Shown piece after piece: positions 1 through 15,597 of a stretch of 64,000 nucleotides of DNA. Location: the NCBI RefSeq assembly GCF_009914755.1, contig NC_060939.1; one strand, 5' to 3'. Source of the DNA: the human T2T-CHM13v2.0 reference genome, Homo sapiens. Every line of letters begins with the position of its first letter. Position 1 is the stretch's first letter. Under the pieces are notes generated by a model. The model was given only the letters and a program-made list of their open reading frames with translations. It made no database searches and was not told the DNA's origin. The translations under genes were made by a program, and so were the position numbers.

Positions 1-124
1 GCAGGCATTGCAGTTTTTGGTGCATCTCATGGATTTGCTGAGCATACTTCTCAGATGTAACAGTTTTCCAATCCAGAAAGCTGTAGTGGATCAGACTGGC
101 ACCGGACCACCAAACAGTGACCAT

Positions 125-909
<785 letters not shown>

Positions 910-1639
910 AACATGACCCATTTTTGGTGCAAGTTTGGCTTTGGGAAGTGCTTTGGAGCTTCTTCTTGGTCCAATCACTGAGTTGGTCATCGCTGGTTGT
1001 ATAAAATACACTTTTGTTGCATGTTACAATCCGATCGAGAAATGGTTCATTGTTGTGTAGAATAAGAGAAGATGACACTTCAAAATGACGATTTTTAAAG
1101 TTTTCATCAGCTCATGAGCCACCCACTTATCGAGCTTTTTCACCTTTCCAATTTGCTGCAAATGTGAATGAGCATAGAATGGTAGATGTTGAGTTCTTCA
1201 GCAGCTTTTCAGGTAGCTGTAAGAGGATCAGCTTCGATGATTGTTCTCAGTTGGTAGTTGTCAGTTTCTGACGGCCAGCCACTATTCTCCTCATCTTGAA
1301 GGCTCTCATCTCCTTTGCAAAACTTCTTGAACCACCACTGCACTGTACGTTCATTAGCAGCTCCTGGGCCAAATGCATTGATGTGAGTTGTCTCTGTTAC
1401 TTTCTGATCCATTTTGAACTCCAGTAAGAAAACTGCCAGAATTTGCTTTTTGTCTAACATCATTTCCATAGTCTAAAATAAACAGCAAGTAACAAGTCAT
1501 AAGCAAAAAAACATAAAGTGAGAAATGCCCATTAAAATGATGTATAACATAACCACATTTATTTAAGAATGTATTCTAATATCAAACAGCGAGTTCTAAA
1601 AATGCAAAAACCATAATTATTTTTGCACTCACCTAATAT

Positions 1640-2592
1640 AATACAATATCTGGGTAATTTATAAACAACAGAAAGTATTTCTCACAGTTCTGGAGGCTGA
1701 GAAGCATATTGTGTCTGGAGAGGGCCTGTTCCTCATAGATAGTGGCTTCTGTGTCCTTGTAACCACCCAACAGTTTCACCTTGCCCGTTGCCCAGACAGC
1801 TGATTTATCAAGACAGGGGAATTGCAATAGAGAAAAAGTAATTCATGCAGAGCCAGCTGTGTGGGAGAACGGAGTTTTATTATTACTCAGATCAGTCTCC
1901 TAAAGCATTCAGGGATCAGAGTTTTAAGGATAAGTTGGTGGGTAGGGGCCAGTGAGTCGCGAGTGCTGATTGGTTGGGTGGGAGATGAAATCATAGGGAG
2001 TTGAAGCTGTTCTCTTGCACTGAGTCAGTTCCTGGGTGGGGCCACAAGATCAGATGAGCCAGTTTATCAATCTGGGTGGTGCAAGCTGATCCATTAAGTG
2101 TCTGTAAAATATCTTAAGCACTGATCTTAGGTTCTTAAAATCAAAATATCTTAAGCACTTAGATCCCAGGAGTGATTTGGGGAGGATCAGAATCTTGTAG
2201 ACTCTGGCTGCATGCTAAACTGGAATTTCTAATCTTTTGGCTGATTTGTTAGTCCTGCAAAGGCAGTCTGTCTAGGCCCCAGACAAGAAGGGGATTTGTT
2301 TTGGGAAAGGGCTGTTAACTCTTTGTTTCAAACTATAAGTTAGTTCAGCCTACGCCCAGGAAGGAACAAGGACAGCTTGAAGGTTAGAAGCAAGATGGAA
2401 TCGGTTAGGTCAGATCTCTTTCACTGGCTCAGTTACAATTTTGCAATGGCGGTTCATCCTCACTTAATGGAAGGGGCAAAGAAGCTTCCTTGGGCTTCTT
2501 TTCTAAAAACATGAATCCCATTTAAGAGGGCTTTACCCTCATGACTTAATCATCTCCTAATTATAATTTTGGGGACACATTCACACCATAAT
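1640..2592 (-). mobile_element. ERVL-MaLR LTR (MLT1/MST-like) split by LTR8A
   Basis: ctgggtaatttataaacaacagaaag...tctcacagttctggaggctg, resuming after 2456 as cac...ggaagggg. Strand is uncertain. Confidence 0.6.
1758..2456 (-). mobile_element. LTR8-family (LTR8A-like) solo LTR
   Basis: TG...CA termini; minus strand begins TGAACCGCCATTGCAAAATTGTAACTGAG; exact 4-bp TSD tcct at 1754-1757 and 2457-2460. Confidence 0.8.
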
Positions 2593-2633
2593 AGGTCCCC
2601 ACTGCAGACTGTAATAACTCCGAACTTTCTTAC

Positions 2634-4220
2634 TGAAACCGCCTTTCCAAAATTATGATTGAGACAGTAAAAGAGATCTAACTTAACTGACTCCATCTTG
2701 CTTCTAACCTCCAAGCTGTTGTTTTTCATTCCTGTGTGTTGGCTAAGCTAACTTTGGGAGAAACTTAGTTTATAGTTTACGGTTTAAAACAGATGGTAAC
2801 AGCCTTTTCCCAGAACAGACCACCTTCTTGTCTGGGGACTAGACTGCCTTTGTAGGACTAACATTAGCCACAAGATTAGAAATTATGTTTTAGGAGCCAT
2901 GCAGCTGGAGGCTACAAGATTCTGACCCTCCCTAAACTGCTTCTAAGATCAGTGTCTGAGATATTTTGCAGACCCTTTTCTTGATGGATCAGCTGGTACC
3001 ATCCAGATTGATGAACTGGCTCATCTGATCTTGTGGCCCCCACCCAGGAACTGACTCAGTGCAAGAAGACAGCTTCGACTCCCTGTGATTTCATCTCTGA
3101 CCAATCAGCATTCCTGGCTCACTGGCTTCCCCCAACCCACCAAGTTGTCTTTAAAAACTCTGCTCCCTTAATGCTGGAAGAGACTGATTTGAGTAATAAT
3201 AAAATTCTGGTCTCCTGCACAGCTGGCTCTGTGTGAATTACACTTTCTCTATTGCGATTCCCTTGTCTTGATAAATTGGCTCTGTCTAGGCAGTGGTCAA
3301 GGTGAACTCCTTGTGTGGTTACAAATTTGGGGGCTCATCTGGGATTGCCCTTGTGGCTACCTGCCTGGGTTTGGTGGCCCCTCTCTAGCAATGGATCCAG
3401 AGGCCAGCCCAAGCGGCTGCCTAGTTCTTTTGGACTGGGGGCCGACTCTGGTACTCTACTGGTAGGGTGCTGCTGACCCAATGTGCATGGATTTAATTGT
3501 AGTAGAGAAACAGTCCTGGGGAGATGTCCCTCAACTGTAGCCCTGTCACAGGGTGTCTGTAGCCCCGTTGCAGGGTGTCTGGGTTGGCGAGTATCCTAGG
3601 CTCTGCCAATGCCTCCTTCCTTCTCCTGACTGGTTCTGTAGTTCCATGGTAGGGTGTCTATAGCCCCATTGCAGGATGGGGTGTCTGTCTCGGTTTGGCT
3701 CCTGGCAGGGGGTGGTTGGCTCTCCCTAACTAGTAGGAAGAGCCTTGGTTCAGGAGACCTCCACATTCAGGAAGATTTTGAGGTGATTTCTCAGACAAAG
3801 AATAGGATAGTTTGGAAGGGATACTCTTAGAGTTCTTGGTTAGGTATCTGATTCGGAAGGCCTTCTGTCCTTGTCTTTGTGTGTGTTTGTATATGTGGAG
3901 GGGATCTCAGAAGGAATTGCTGATGGACGTCCAGCAGGCCTACCTCAAAGAACCCTCCTTATTTGTCTGGTTACGTTCAATGAGCCCTGAAGAAAGCTCA
4001 ACAGGCCTGTCTTGGGTGACTATCTGCTCTTTGCCTTGCCCAGAGACCCCATTGTGAATCATTCGGAGGTCATCCTTCCCCACCTGGAGTAGATCAAAGA
4101 CAACAAGGACCAACAGGAAGAATGTTGAGCGTTGCCAGGTTGATACTGGGTGCTGAAAAAGGTGACTAATGTCTGTTTTGTTATGTGTATTTTCCTGGGA
4201 TGGAAAATGTTAATTCGGTT
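2634..4220 (+). mobile_element. LTR8 5' LTR (2634-3323) followed by truncated HUERS-P1-like internal sequence
   Basis: tgaaaccgcctttccaaaattatgattgagacag...ggttaca, then a tRNA-Pro primer-binding site TGGGGGCTCATCTGGGAT at 3328-3345 (16/18 to TGGGGGCTCGTCCGGGAT, both differences CpG decay). Confidence 0.8.
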
Positions 4221-4409
4221 TGCTCCTCAGGCAGTGCCTCCCATGTCTCTTCTGCAGGACAGAAACTTTTATCTAAATAGATGAAATAATTCTATTATAT
4301 ATTGAGTACCTTTATGTTGAATAATCCTATAATATGAATGATTTTGGAATGCCACCCATCTTAGCCTGGGTCATCTAAAAAACAGAGCTTGGGTCAAGGA
4401 TTAAGGTGG

Positions 4410-4855
4410 CTGTGGAGGCTAAAGCAACTCCATCTTGGATGCCAACCTGCCATGTTGACTTCTGATTAACCCCTGTTCAAAGAATGCCTCTAAGACTTCT
4501 AATTTATCTACTGCTACCATAAACCCTGCTCCTAGGTCAAAACAATCTTATTTTTTGTTTTGGGGAGCGTAAATCCTCCCCTTAGGCAGATTCACATAAT
4601 ACTTTTGCCTTTCCCTGCAGGGCCAACTTCAGTTGTCCTACACATTCTTTCCCTATGGTATATAAGCCCTTGGTCTGGGGGATAATGGCAGGGCTCCACC
4701 ATCTCCTCTTGCAGCTACTGAGACAATGGCTTCTGTGCCTAAGTTATTATTAAATGTTTCTTTCAGAGAAACTACATTTGTCAGCCTCTGTCTTTGGCCT
4801 CTCAGCTTCCTCAGCCTTTAGGGATAGGTTTGCATAGGGCTGCTCCCCGGGAACA
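4410..4855 (+). mobile_element. ERV1 solo LTR (MER83-like)
   Basis: tgtggaggctaaagcaactccatcttggatg...gggaaca with internal TATA-like tatataag and attaaa. Confidence 0.6.
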
Positions 4856-5974
4856 GTGCCAATACTTTATCTGGGAGATGCCAGCCCAGGATGGTGAGAG
4901 TGAAGAATGAGGGAAGTAAGGCCAGGGCAGATGGAATGCAAAGTGGCTGATGTGCTACTGTGCTGGCCACAGCTTCATGGCTAGCCTGGGTGAGACACAG
5001 CAGGTCGCTCAGCAGGCATGTCGCTCTGCATGGGGACTTGTCCAGAGGGATGCAGGGAACTGCACCTTGGAGCAGTCCAAGGAGAGAAAAAGGAGGGAGA
5101 ACTTACCTTCCCAGTTCCTTCCCATCTCCTGTTTCTCATAGGTCAGGTTTCACCTGGCAGGTGCGGGGAGCTAACTCATCCATACTTTTGTGTTTCATCA
5201 CCGAACTCCTCAGTAGCCAGTTTCATACCTTTTTTGATGTGGAATGTTATCCAGTTCTAAAAACGGAGGAGTGACCTGGCACTGGTCTTATGCCAATCAA
5301 GAGAAATGAAGCAGATTGCTGGGGGAATCTGAACAGGCACCCAGGGTTTGCATCTCCAGTTTTTGGGGCTCCAAAATTTTGGAGTTCCACAAATTACTCT
5401 GAGGCCAGTAGAGGTTGGTGTAATGAGTTCATCATGGGTTGACACACAGTTTCTCCATCTATGAAATGAGGGGGCTGGCTAAGGATGAGCTTCCTCCACA
5501 TCGCCACCGTCCCTGCCCCCCACAGTTCTGTTTCCTGGGGAAGAAGGCCAGCAAAGGCCCAGCACAGTCACCTACTTTTCCCTACCATGTCGCCACAAAC
5601 CACTCTCTCAACACAGCCCGCCAAGGCCCAAGAGTTCCATCCACATTTCCCAGTACCACATCCTGTGTACCAGAAAAAGCACACAGAAGTGAGTCAGACC
5701 TTCTCTCTACTATCTGATTGCTAATGATAATAATAGCCACCCTGTTTCCATCCTGTGGTATTGAGCGCCAGCTCTGTGTCCAACATCTACACATGAACAT
5801 AAACACAGGCAACTTGTTTAATACTCAACTCAATCCTGAAGATATGCATCATGTTCCCATTTTACACATGGAGAAAGTGAGGCTCAGATACGCCCTGGGA
5901 TTTGCCCAAAATCACTAAGGAGTACACAGGGCCAGGTTTAGACTCAAACAGCCTATGGTTTGAGTTTCTCTCTT

Positions 5975-6281
5975 ATTTTTTTCTTTTTTTTTGAGACAGG
6001 GTCTCGCTCTGTTGCCCAGGCTGGAGTACAGTGGCATGGCCACGGCTCACTGCAACTTTGACCTCTCAGGTTCAAGTGATCCCCCAGCCTTAGCCTCCCC
6101 AGTAGCTAGGACTACAGGCATGTGCCACCATGGCCGGCTAATTAAAAAAAAAAAATGTTTGTAGAGAGGGGGGCTCTCACTATGTTGCTTAGGCTGGTCT
6201 TCAACTCCTGGGCTCAAACAATCTTTCCAGCTTTAGCCTCCCAAAGTGCTGGGATTACAGGCATGCGCCATGGCGCCCAGC
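5975..6281 (-). mobile_element. Alu (AluJ-type)
   Basis: Alu dimer with poly-T; TSD-like ctatggtttga. Confidence 0.9.
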
Positions 6282-7248
6282 CTATGGTTTGAATTTCTGT
6301 GGGGAAACCTATAGAAGAACATGCTGGAGAAGGCCCACTATTCCTTCACCATGTGGCTTTTATCAACATGCCATGGAGGTGGTTTGTGTCCACTGCACCT
6401 GCACACACTTCAGGACAAGGTTCCCCGGCTGCTTCCTGCCTGTATGTCTGTATGTTTCTGTGAGTGCTGACCTGCCCCAGTGAGGCTCCTGCCCTTCTTT
6501 CACAATGCAACACAGTCCTGAGAGCCATGGGCTGGGCCTGGGCTCCCAGCAGCGGGATTACCATCTGGACAGAGCTGGGGGTATGCAGAGTGGGGCTGCT
6601 TGCATCAACAGGCTGTGGGGGCGTCTCGTCCTCTGCCCACATTTGCAGCCCTCTTCCCTGGTGAGACACCCCTTCCAGCGGCTGGCCCAGAGCATCTGGC
6701 CACTCCTGAGAAATGGAAACTATACCTTCCTGGACTGGGGCCAGCGTGGTTTGAGAAGCGCCCCTTTCAAATTCCCTTTGTCAGGAAGTTGATGCCTGGG
6801 CCATCACTCATTCATGTCAAGGGAATGATTATTCTTGATACATGGAAATATTTCTTAAGCCAAAAAGCTGTTGTTCTAGATTTACTAAAACTAGGTCAAT
6901 AATTTGGCTTCAATCCCCAGGACAAATATCAGTATGGAGAAAACTTTTACAGTTGTGGGTATTCTCTAGACCAACGAATGCAACCAATTATACATTGCAC
7001 AGATGGGCAGTGAATTGAGTGTTTCAAAATGTTATCTTTCACCTGTTTAGAAACAAAAGGTCAATTTTTGGAAAGTATTTCTCAAAAAGAGAAAAGCGGC
7101 ACCATGCAGATATAAAAATGGAAGCAATGGTGCAGATGGTGGATGATAAATTTCTGTAACAAAGGCTGTATTTTTTTGTTTGACAAGTTTTTGCCAAGTT
7201 GCGTGCATGCTTCCCCAAAGTAGGGGAGATTTCTGAGGAGGGAGGTGA

Positions 7249-7674
<426 letters not shown>

Positions 7675-7794
7675 TAACACATATAGTAAGGCCCCCTTCA
7701 GTGCAGCCCACAGACAGAGCCCTGCACTTGGAAGGGCCCAACCAAGCTTGGTTGAATGCACTAGGACCAAGCAGTACTTTGAAATTCTTCGTAA

Positions 7795-8119
<325 letters not shown>

Positions 8120-8913
8120 AAATTTGTCTTTTGTAAGTGAAGTCCAATGGGGTCATGTAGCACGTGCTGAGGGCTTGGAATCTTGGCCTGAAGCATGGTC
8201 ATGCCTCCTGCCACCTCCATGCTTCCCTGGAATGAGTTCTTGGCTATCCACTCCCTCAACCTCTGGTGCCCCAGTGCCACCCAGCCCCCTTGTCACCCCT
8301 GCCCTGCAACACTGCCACCCTTTGCTCCCTTGAGGGCCTGGGTGGGGGTGGGTGCGCCAGGGCCAAGTACATGCACCCCACAGTGTCAGAGCGGACAGGT
8401 GGTGGCCGTCCTGTCCCAGGCTGGCAGCAATATGCCATGTTCAGTGGGTGGCTTAGGGAGGGTGAGCCTCTCTCCACTCCTATCCCAGTCCCTAGTGCCT
8501 CCTGGCTACGAGGTTGGGACATAGTTGGGACTGTGGGCCTTTAGGAAGGGAAGATGCCTGCCTCTACTTCCCAATAAGTCTGTCTGGTGGCTGCTGGAAC
8601 GGGGAGCCTGGTAGTTACTAGGTTCCACATGTGCCACCTCCCCGATCTGTGAAGGTCCGCTCTTGCCCTGTGCGTGTCCCGAGCTGGAGGGAGTAAGAAC
8701 ATTAAGTGTAAATTACCAAAAAACGCAACACCATGACAGGTTGTGAGAGGCATCATGGAAAAAAGGGAAGACATTCCCCCATGCATTTTGAACAGGGAAC
8801 CTGCAATTTCATTTTGTATTGGGCCTTGCAAATTATATAGCAAATCCCACAGGCAGTGCTGTGTTGTGGCCTGCCAGCTCTCACTAGGTCACAGTTCACT
8901 TTCTGTGATGTCA

Positions 8914-9251
<338 letters not shown>

Positions 9252-9272
9252 AATGGCCATGGTGAGTATTAA

Positions 9273-9617
<345 letters not shown>

Positions 9618-9984
9618 TAGAACTTTAAAAAAATGTATGTAGAGCTGGTTTTTAACATTTACCAGCATAGCACTGTATAGAGTACCCAATAAAAGTCGGA
9701 AACTTCTTATCCTTGTTAATTTAATTGGTTAAATAGGGCAGGCCCAAACTTCTAGGAAGACAGTGCAGAGGCATGGAAGGAAGGCTAAGGAAGAAAACAG
9801 CTTAGTAAGTGCCAGGCACTGGTCCAAACCATTTCACCACCTTTTCAGGAATGAGGAAATAAGCTCAGAAAAGTAGTGGGAGGACTCAACCAAAACCACA
9901 CATCAGGCCAGCTACTGAGCTAACATTCGGACCCAATGTCCTAGCTCTTCTCACAGCAAAAGGAGAGGTGTTCTTTTTAAAACT

Positions 9985-10450
9985 AGAGATAGGGTCTCAC
10001 TATGTTGCCCAGGTTGTTCTCAAACTCCTGGGCTTAAGCAATCCTCCTATCTTGGGCTCCCAAAGTGCTGGGATTACAGGCATGAGCCACCATGCCCAGA
10101 GAGGTTCTTTAGAGTCACATGTCTCTCTCTCTCTCTTCCTTTCCTTTCTTTCTTTTTTTTTCTTTTTTTTTCTTTCTTTCTTTTTTTTTTTTTTTGAAAC
10201 GGAGTCTCACTCTGTTGCCCAGGCTGGAGTGCAATGGCACAATCTCGGCTCACTGGCAACCTCCACCTCCCAGGTTCAAGCAATTCTCCTGCCTTGCCCT
10301 CCCAAGTAGCTGGGACTATGACTATAGGCACATGCCACCACGCCTGGCTAATTTTTGTATTTTTAGTAGAGATGGGGTTTCACCACGTTGGCCAGGCTGG
10401 TCTCGAACTCCTGACCTCAGGTGATCCACCTGCCTTAGCCTCCCAAAGTG
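9985..10450 (-). mobile_element. Alu monomer fragment plus near-full Alu
   Basis: Alu left-arm fragment 9985-10098 and Alu 10140-10450 with a T/C-rich tail. Confidence 0.88.
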
Positions 10451-11177
10451 CACAGGGCCTCGCACAGGGTTCTGAACTCCAGGAATAAACTGGGGCTCAG
10501 GAGTAGGCAGGAGGGGGGCTGGCGAAGGACCTAGAAGTTCCCACCCTGGGCTCTTGATCTCTTGCAGTAACTTCACAGCCTGAGGCAGAAGCCTAGATGA
10601 ATGAGAAGCAGGACAGAATGTTCCAGCAGCCACCAACTAGAGCAGAGACACAAATATTTACTAAGCCTAGGGGCCTCCCCAACATGCCGGCAGAGTTGGA
10701 GGGAACAAGTGTATGAGGCCTCTCTCTGTAAGGGCAGGGAATACATGGCAGGGAGAAGCCCCATGGAGAGGTCTCCCCTGACTCCAGCCTATCCGTCACA
10801 TTGGTATATGAGTCCCTCACACCCTCAAGTATGTAAAGCCAGTCACAAAGCACCTTCTCAGCCATGGGCAGCGTGGGGAGCTGATCTCCATCTTATAAAT
10901 GAGGAAACTGAGGCCCACAGAGGGAAGATAACATACCCAAAGCCAGAGGGCTGGGAAATGCTAGAGTCTGCAGTGGAAGGCTGGACTGGAAATGCTGCCC
11001 CCAATACCAGTAGTCTCCAATCCTGCATCTGCCCACCACACCCCCTCCCCAGGAACTTCTCTTGACCCTGGCTGGCCTCCTCCCTGACTGACCCCCAGAC
11101 CCTCTTCTTTGGTGAGATCTTTTGCACCCTTACTTCCTGCAGCTCCCGGGCTGTTCTCTTCCCAGGTTAACCTCCCC

Positions 11178-11445
11178 TTTCTTCTTTTTTTTGAGACAAG
11201 GTCTCACTCTGTCACCCAGACAGGAGTGCAGTGGCACGATCATGGCTCATTACAGCCTTGACCTCCAGGGCCCAAGCAATCCTCCCATGTTAGCCTCTCA
11301 GGTAGCTGGGACCACAGGCATGTGCCACATTTTTAATTTTTGGTAGAGATGGTGGTCTCACTGTATTGCCCAAACTGGTCTGAAACAATCCCCTTCCCCA
11401 GCCTCCCAAAGTGCTGGGATTACAGGTGAGTGCTATCCCACCCAG
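11178..11445 (-). mobile_element. Alu (AluJ-type, diverged)
   Basis: ttttgagacaaggtctcactctgtcaccc...gctgggattacaggtgag. Confidence 0.85.
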
Positions 11446-12399
11446 CCCATCCCCTTTCTTCCTATTTCCCACCTCAGAGAAGCCTTCTCACCTCACACCT
11501 CTCTCTCCAAATCGTGCCCCTCCTCCCTCATCTAGCTGAGGCCTGGCCTCTTATCCAGGAAGCCCTCCTGGACTGCTCCCAGTTACAGGGCTCTTGGGCT
11601 CTCAAGATTGCATGAAGTATGTTCATATTGTACTGTCTATTTAAAAAAAAAAAAAGCGCATGAGAGACTAGCACACGGGTTTAGGTCCTAGTTGCAGCTG
11701 TCGCCAACTTCCTAGGGTGACCTCAGGCTCCCCTGCTCTCTCTGAGCCTCAGCTCCCTCATCTGTAGGCAGCCTGCCTGCCTCACCAGGGAATGGAGAGT
11801 CTAGATGAGAAAACCCTGGCAGTGGGCACAGGTCACAGCTGTTGGGGTTTTTGCTGGCATCAGCATTGCACCCTCTAGATCTGTTCCCATCCATTACCAT
11901 CTGGCCACACACTGCCTTGTTCTTGCTCTCCCCTAGGGGTGGGAGGCCTGTGTCTGGCTGGAGAGCCCAGTTCGAGAGGGTGCTGTGTGTGCAGGGAGCC
12001 CTGCTGTTCCCCACTGGCCCCAGTGAGCCAGGCCCTGGCTTGGGGCTGGAAAGAGCCCAGGACTGGGAATCGCTGCCCTAAGTGAGGAGCCCCAACCCCT
12101 AAGCAGTTCTGCCCTTCAGCCCTTCAGGGTGTTAACTTTGCCTAGCCAAGAGCAAACTCTCTTTCTCTGTGCCAGGAGTAGTAGAGCCCCTGGGAAATGC
12201 TGTTTTTGTCCCCTGAGGCAGACTTTTGGGGAGTCCAAAAAAGGGCTCCCCACGGTGCCGGCTATCACAGAACAGGAGACAGGAGCAGGAGACAGGCCGG
12301 GAAGATGCGGCGACTGGGGGACCGGATAGGAGGGCCCTTGTCCTGAGGCTGCGTAGGCATAGCAAGCTCCGGGATTTTACTTCGTTGGAATGTTCTTTT

Positions 12400-12950
12400 G
12401 AGCTACTTTGGGGGCCGTGACTGAGAGAGCTCGTGGGGGACTCAGGCCCTTTCAGAGTCACCCGTGTGGCTCGGCCACTGCGCCAGGTCTTGGAACATCT
12501 AAGGCAGAAACAGGACCAACACCCGCAAGCCTCCAACAGCCCCTGGGGCTCCGTCCAGCCGTTGGGGTGGAGGGGTTGGGGGGAGGTGCAGGGGCGGGCA
12601 CTGTGGGGGGTGGGGCGGGGCCGGTGGCCGCGACTCCACCCCGCGCCCCTAGTCGAGTAAACAAGCCACGGGCGGCGCCTGGGGGCCGCTCCTGCAAGCC
12701 GGGGCGCTGGGTTACATCACGGTTCCCTGGAGACTCCCGCCCCAGCGGCCGGGTCCCTGAGGCCCGCGCCCGCCCGCCGCCTGTGTCCGAGAAGCAGAGA
12801 GCTGGCAAGGGCCCGCCAGGGCGGGAAGGCTCCCACGTTTTCTCCGGAGGCCCCTGGGACTTTGTTGCAATTGGGTTCAGCCCGGGCATGGGCTGAACGT
12901 GGACGCGCGGGAACCGCGCCTCGGTTTCCCCATCTGTGAAACCTGGAGGC
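12400..12950. promoter_or_regulatory. CpG-rich island-like element (candidate enhancer or lncRNA promoter)
   Basis: Local CpG density far above the flanks; GC boxes (ggggcggggc), GTAAACA at 12657-12663, TTACATCA at 12712-12719. Confidence 0.55.
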
Positions 12951-13544
12951 TGTATTAGGATTCTGTGCCTCCTATTAGGATTCAGCTGGGGGAAGGAGAG
13001 CGGCAGCCAGGGCCAGGGCCAGGGCCAGTCCCAGGCAGGCTGTGACTGGAGCCGGGCTTTCTACGTTAGGGTTTTGGTGGGTACCCGCTCAGCCACGTGC
13101 CAGAATGCACCCTCCCTCTGAGGGGACATGGAGACCACTCGCTGGGCCAAGGCACAGCAAGGACGACCTTGTATCCTAGCATTCTCCTGTCCCCACTTGC
13201 TGCTGGACACGGACCCTCTAGGTAAAATTCAACAATAGTTCCTGCCAGCCACCCTCACGGCGGGTTTGTGCCAGTGCTTTGGGAAAGATGTTGGGTTGCC
13301 CACTTAGGCGGGAGGGAGATTTCTGCTCAACATCAACAACTCAATCTACCACGGAGCCTGAGCCACTGGTCTGGAGGAAGCTGCGGGGGAGGCAGGGGTC
13401 GTGGGCACCCAGCTTGGGGACACTCAAGCAGAGTACGGGCTAGGCACGGGGAAGAAGGTGGCAGAGGGCATGCTTGCCAGCGTCTCCAGGAGCTGTCCTG
13501 CCCTGGGGTTCCATGATTTAATGATTCTGCACCTGCACCATCTG

Positions 13545-14325
13545 ATAAGGTAGCCGCATATGACTGTTGAGCACTTGAAATGTGTGGGAACCCACTAGGA
13601 GCCCCAGAGTTGGCATAAACATTATTTTAAGCTGAAGACATTTGAGATTCAACAGACGCAGAAAAAAGCCTCCTAGGAGCTTCCTTTATCTGACAAAAAG
13701 CAGTAACTTCTGGGAAGTAAGGCTACCATAAACTCTGTCATAGGGGTAGTTTCATGGCCCCAAGAAGACAGAGCGACCACTCATACCTATATAGACAAAT
13801 ATTTCACAAACTTTATCACCTGTCGGTTCTCTTAAAACCCCATTTGTCTTTGCTAAAGAAACCTATTTGTTTTTCCCACAGAAGCCCTTTCTTTCCCCTC
13901 CCTTTTCCCTACTAAGTTAGGTATATAAGCCTTCAACTCTATTTAACCAGCCAGCTACGTCCTTTGTTGGTACGGTATGCAGACATAATAAACTTCTTCT
14001 CCTGTTAATCTGTCTTTTGTCAGTTTAATTCGAAAGCTGCAATCACAGAACAAGAGAGTGTAGAGGAAAAGTTTTTTCCTCTCCTGCAGGGGCTAGTACA
14101 CATTGATATGGGCAGTAAGTGTAACATATACACAGGATTTAGGAGACTTAGCATGAAACAAAAGAATGTGAAATATCTTAATAATTTTGTATATGATTAA
14201 ATATTGAAATGGTAACACAGGGTTCCATTAGATAAATTGGGTTCTCTTAAATATATTGCTAAAATTGATTTCATCTGTTTCTCCTTACTGTCTGCTAGAA
14301 AATTTCAGATAACATATGGCTCCTA
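13545..14325. mobile_element. MER3/MER33-like DNA element interrupted by an ERV1 LTR (~13584-14088)
   Basis: tagccgcatatgactgttgagcacttgaaatgtg resumes after 14088. The insert has tg...ca ends, tatataag and aataaa. Confidence 0.55.
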
Positions 14326-15184
14326 TTTTATTTCCATTGAATAGCATTGCTAAATGTCAGGTGACCTTGTGTCTTTGGGTTGGCTTTTCCCAAGCAACAC
14401 CACCACATCTCTATTAACTGAATGCTCTTGTGTCGAGTCCTGAGCAGCGTGGGCAGTGGAGAGTGGAAGAGGAGGGGGCGCAGTGCCAGCCCTCGGGGAG
14501 CTGCCAAGCCCCTCTTGGCTTCCAACTTGGTCTGGCCACATCCTCCTGCAGTCCTGCTTCCCCTCCTCCACAGGACAGTCAGGCCAGCAGAAAGCTGGGC
14601 AGAGGGTTCTGGGGCTGGCCAGGGCTCTGAGAACTCAAGGAGGGAGTTCTGTGTGGGCCAAGGATTCAGAAGACAGTGTGGCCAGCAGCCAGGAACTATG
14701 ACTGCACCGAGTGCTGTTCCCATGCCCAGGACCACAGATGCATCCCGGGCCTCACTGCCCAGCACCTCCCGGCTTAGTGGCCACAGAGTCCTCTTCCTGC
14801 TCTGCCAAGCACCATCTGGCTGTGGTGGAACAGGCTCCCCTGCTCTCCCATCCTCTCTGCCATCTCCCATTCCCTAGGCCTTGCTGGATTAAAACATTTT
14901 CCTGATAATCATTCAGGGATATAGGCTAAGGTCTGAGAAAGTAAGCTACCCTAAGGCCCCTGAAAAAATAAAACAAAATAACAAACTGTAGTTGGTATTT
15001 CTGATGAACAGCCCACACCTGGCAATTTAGAGGGATGGTCCCGGTTGGTGTGACCCAGGTTTAACCCCTGCAGCTGATATGAATGTGACAGCTTTACAGC
15101 CCTGTAAAGCTAACCAGACCTGTACATAGTTAAACAACCTTATCTAACATTCCTCCTTCTTCTCCTATATAAACTTGCTCATAA

Positions 15185-15569
<385 letters not shown>

Positions 15570-15597
15570 GGGATCTTACATGTATTAATTCATTTAA

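Noticed and set aside
7040-7080. RNKRSIFG furin-like motif suggesting a retroviral env
   Set aside because: No hydrophobic fusion peptide, immunosuppressive domain or CX6CC follows.
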